The notes beneath the pieces were generated by a model. That model was given only the letters and a program-made list of their open reading frames with translations, had not been told where the DNA came from and ran no database searches. A stretch of 64,000 bases of DNA, taken from the IMG/VR virus record IMGVR_UViG_3300009128_000006, positions 26,157 through 90,156 of that record; one strand, written 5' to 3'. The stretch comes from a virus. Lineage: Duplodnaviria > Caudoviricetes. Positions 63,184 through 64,000 of the stretch are shown piece after piece (the first letter of the stretch is position 1; each line of letters begins with the position of its first letter). The translations under genes and the position numbers were made by a program.

Positions 63184-63212
63184 GGAGACTGGTTCGAACC
63201 CGGCCTCTCCTT
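63176..63212 (+). pseudogene. 3' half of split tRNA
   Basis: CCTAA..CTGGTTCGAACCCGG..CTCTCCT pairs with GGGAGAG at 62478. Confidence 0.75.
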
Positions 63213-63434
63213 CTACTTGAACGCAGCTGTGAGTTCGAGCACGACGGCACTGATGAACCAGTTGTCGCGCTGAAGACCGATCTTCCCGTCACTGCAGCGG
63301 ACCAGATGCCGCTTCCCCTCTTCGGAGAGGAAGTCCAGCTTCAAGCCGAGCTCCTTCTCTGCCTCTTCGACACTCACCGGCACCATCTTGTCGAAGGGCG
63401 GCTTCCGCTTCACTTCAGGAGCCTGTCCTGCCAT
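63213..63434 (-). CDS. Hypothetical protein
   Basis: Short ORF in minus-strand run. Confidence 0.45.
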   Translation of the reverse strand: MAGQAPEVKRKPPFDKMVPVSVEEAEKELGLKLDFLSEEGKRHLVRCSDGKIGLQRDNWFISAVVLELTAAFK

Positions 63435-63619
63435 CCCGGCTGAATCTCATCCTCGGGGTTCCTCGCCGCACGCTCCCTGAAGCGCTTCAGGTCTGAGTCC
63501 GTGAGATGGAAGGTCTCGAAGAGTCCATCAGGCATGACAACGAGGACAGAGTGGTACCGAGCAGGAGAGCCGAACGTGCGCTCCTTGTTCTCCGTCGTGA
63601 CCAGCTTTCCGAGCTTCAT
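63410..63619 (-). CDS. Hypothetical protein
   Basis: GAGG RBS, ATGA overlap. Confidence 0.5.
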   Translation of the reverse strand: MKLGKLVTTENKERTFGSPARYHSVLVVMPDGLFETFHLTDSDLKRFRERAARNPEDEIQPGWQDRLLK

Positions 63620-63990
63620 CGTTCCTCTGCCATGCCTCCCGTAGTGGTTCCGCCTGTTGATCCCGTGCCGGAGTCTTCTTGCAAGGACTCCAACGGCTCA
63701 GGCAGCTCAGTCACGACCACAGGGGGCTGGCTCCATCGCAAGTAGGCGGCGTAGACGGCAGCCCTGCAGACGTCGTTCTCGACGGCATCAGCGATGCTCT
63801 CGAGCGGCAGGTGTGATGGCCTGGTCGGGTCTGCCTCGTAGACGTCCATGGATGGCTGCTCCCAGTTGGGAGGCGCGTAGCCTTGATCTGCCAGGCGCAT
63901 GTCCCGTAGAACGGCTTTCACGGCCCCGAGGTCGTCCTTTACTTGGAGGACATCCTTGGCCACCTTCTCGGTGCGTACTTGGAACTGCAT
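63616..63990 (-). CDS. Hypothetical protein
   Basis: GAGGAGG RBS. Confidence 0.55.
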   Translation of the reverse strand: MQFQVRTEKVAKDVLQVKDDLGAVKAVLRDMRLADQGYAPPNWEQPSMDVYEADPTRPSHLPLESIADAVENDVCRAAVYAAYLRWSQPPVVVTELPEPLESLQEDSGTGSTGGTTTGGMAEER

Positions 63991-64000
63991 GGCCTCCTCG

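Overview
A GC-rich (roughly 60-65% by eye) segment of a large myovirus-like (probably jumbo) bacteriophage genome. 1-38.3 kb is mainly a + strand virion module: baseplate spike, intein-containing terminase large subunit, intein-containing prohead protease, major capsid protein, neck, 1375-aa tail sheath, tail tube and many Lys-X-Ala-motif head proteins. 38.3-58 kb holds a MoxR AAA/vWA pair, Dam methylase, ParB-like protein, fibre-like proteins, a type II topoisomerase B subunit, a 2OG-Fe(II) oxygenase and a CHAP endolysin. 58-63.2 kb is a tRNA array. Main observation: the tRNA genes are grouped by amino acid, and each group sits behind a sigma70-like promoter driving an apparently leaderless short peptide rich in the cognate codons. 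The Ser leader carries all six Ser codons once each in a row plus TAT, ahead of Tyr and four Ser tRNAs. A Leu run precedes three Leu tRNAs, and Gly/Thr codons precede Gly tRNAs. The Ser and Leu leaders are followed by mutually exclusive antiterminator/terminator hairpins, pointing to ribosome-mediated attenuation of phage tRNA genes. Second, three tRNA genes are split by cassettes made of an intact tRNA plus an HNH endonuclease. All annotations come from reading the sequence; no searches or folding programs were run.
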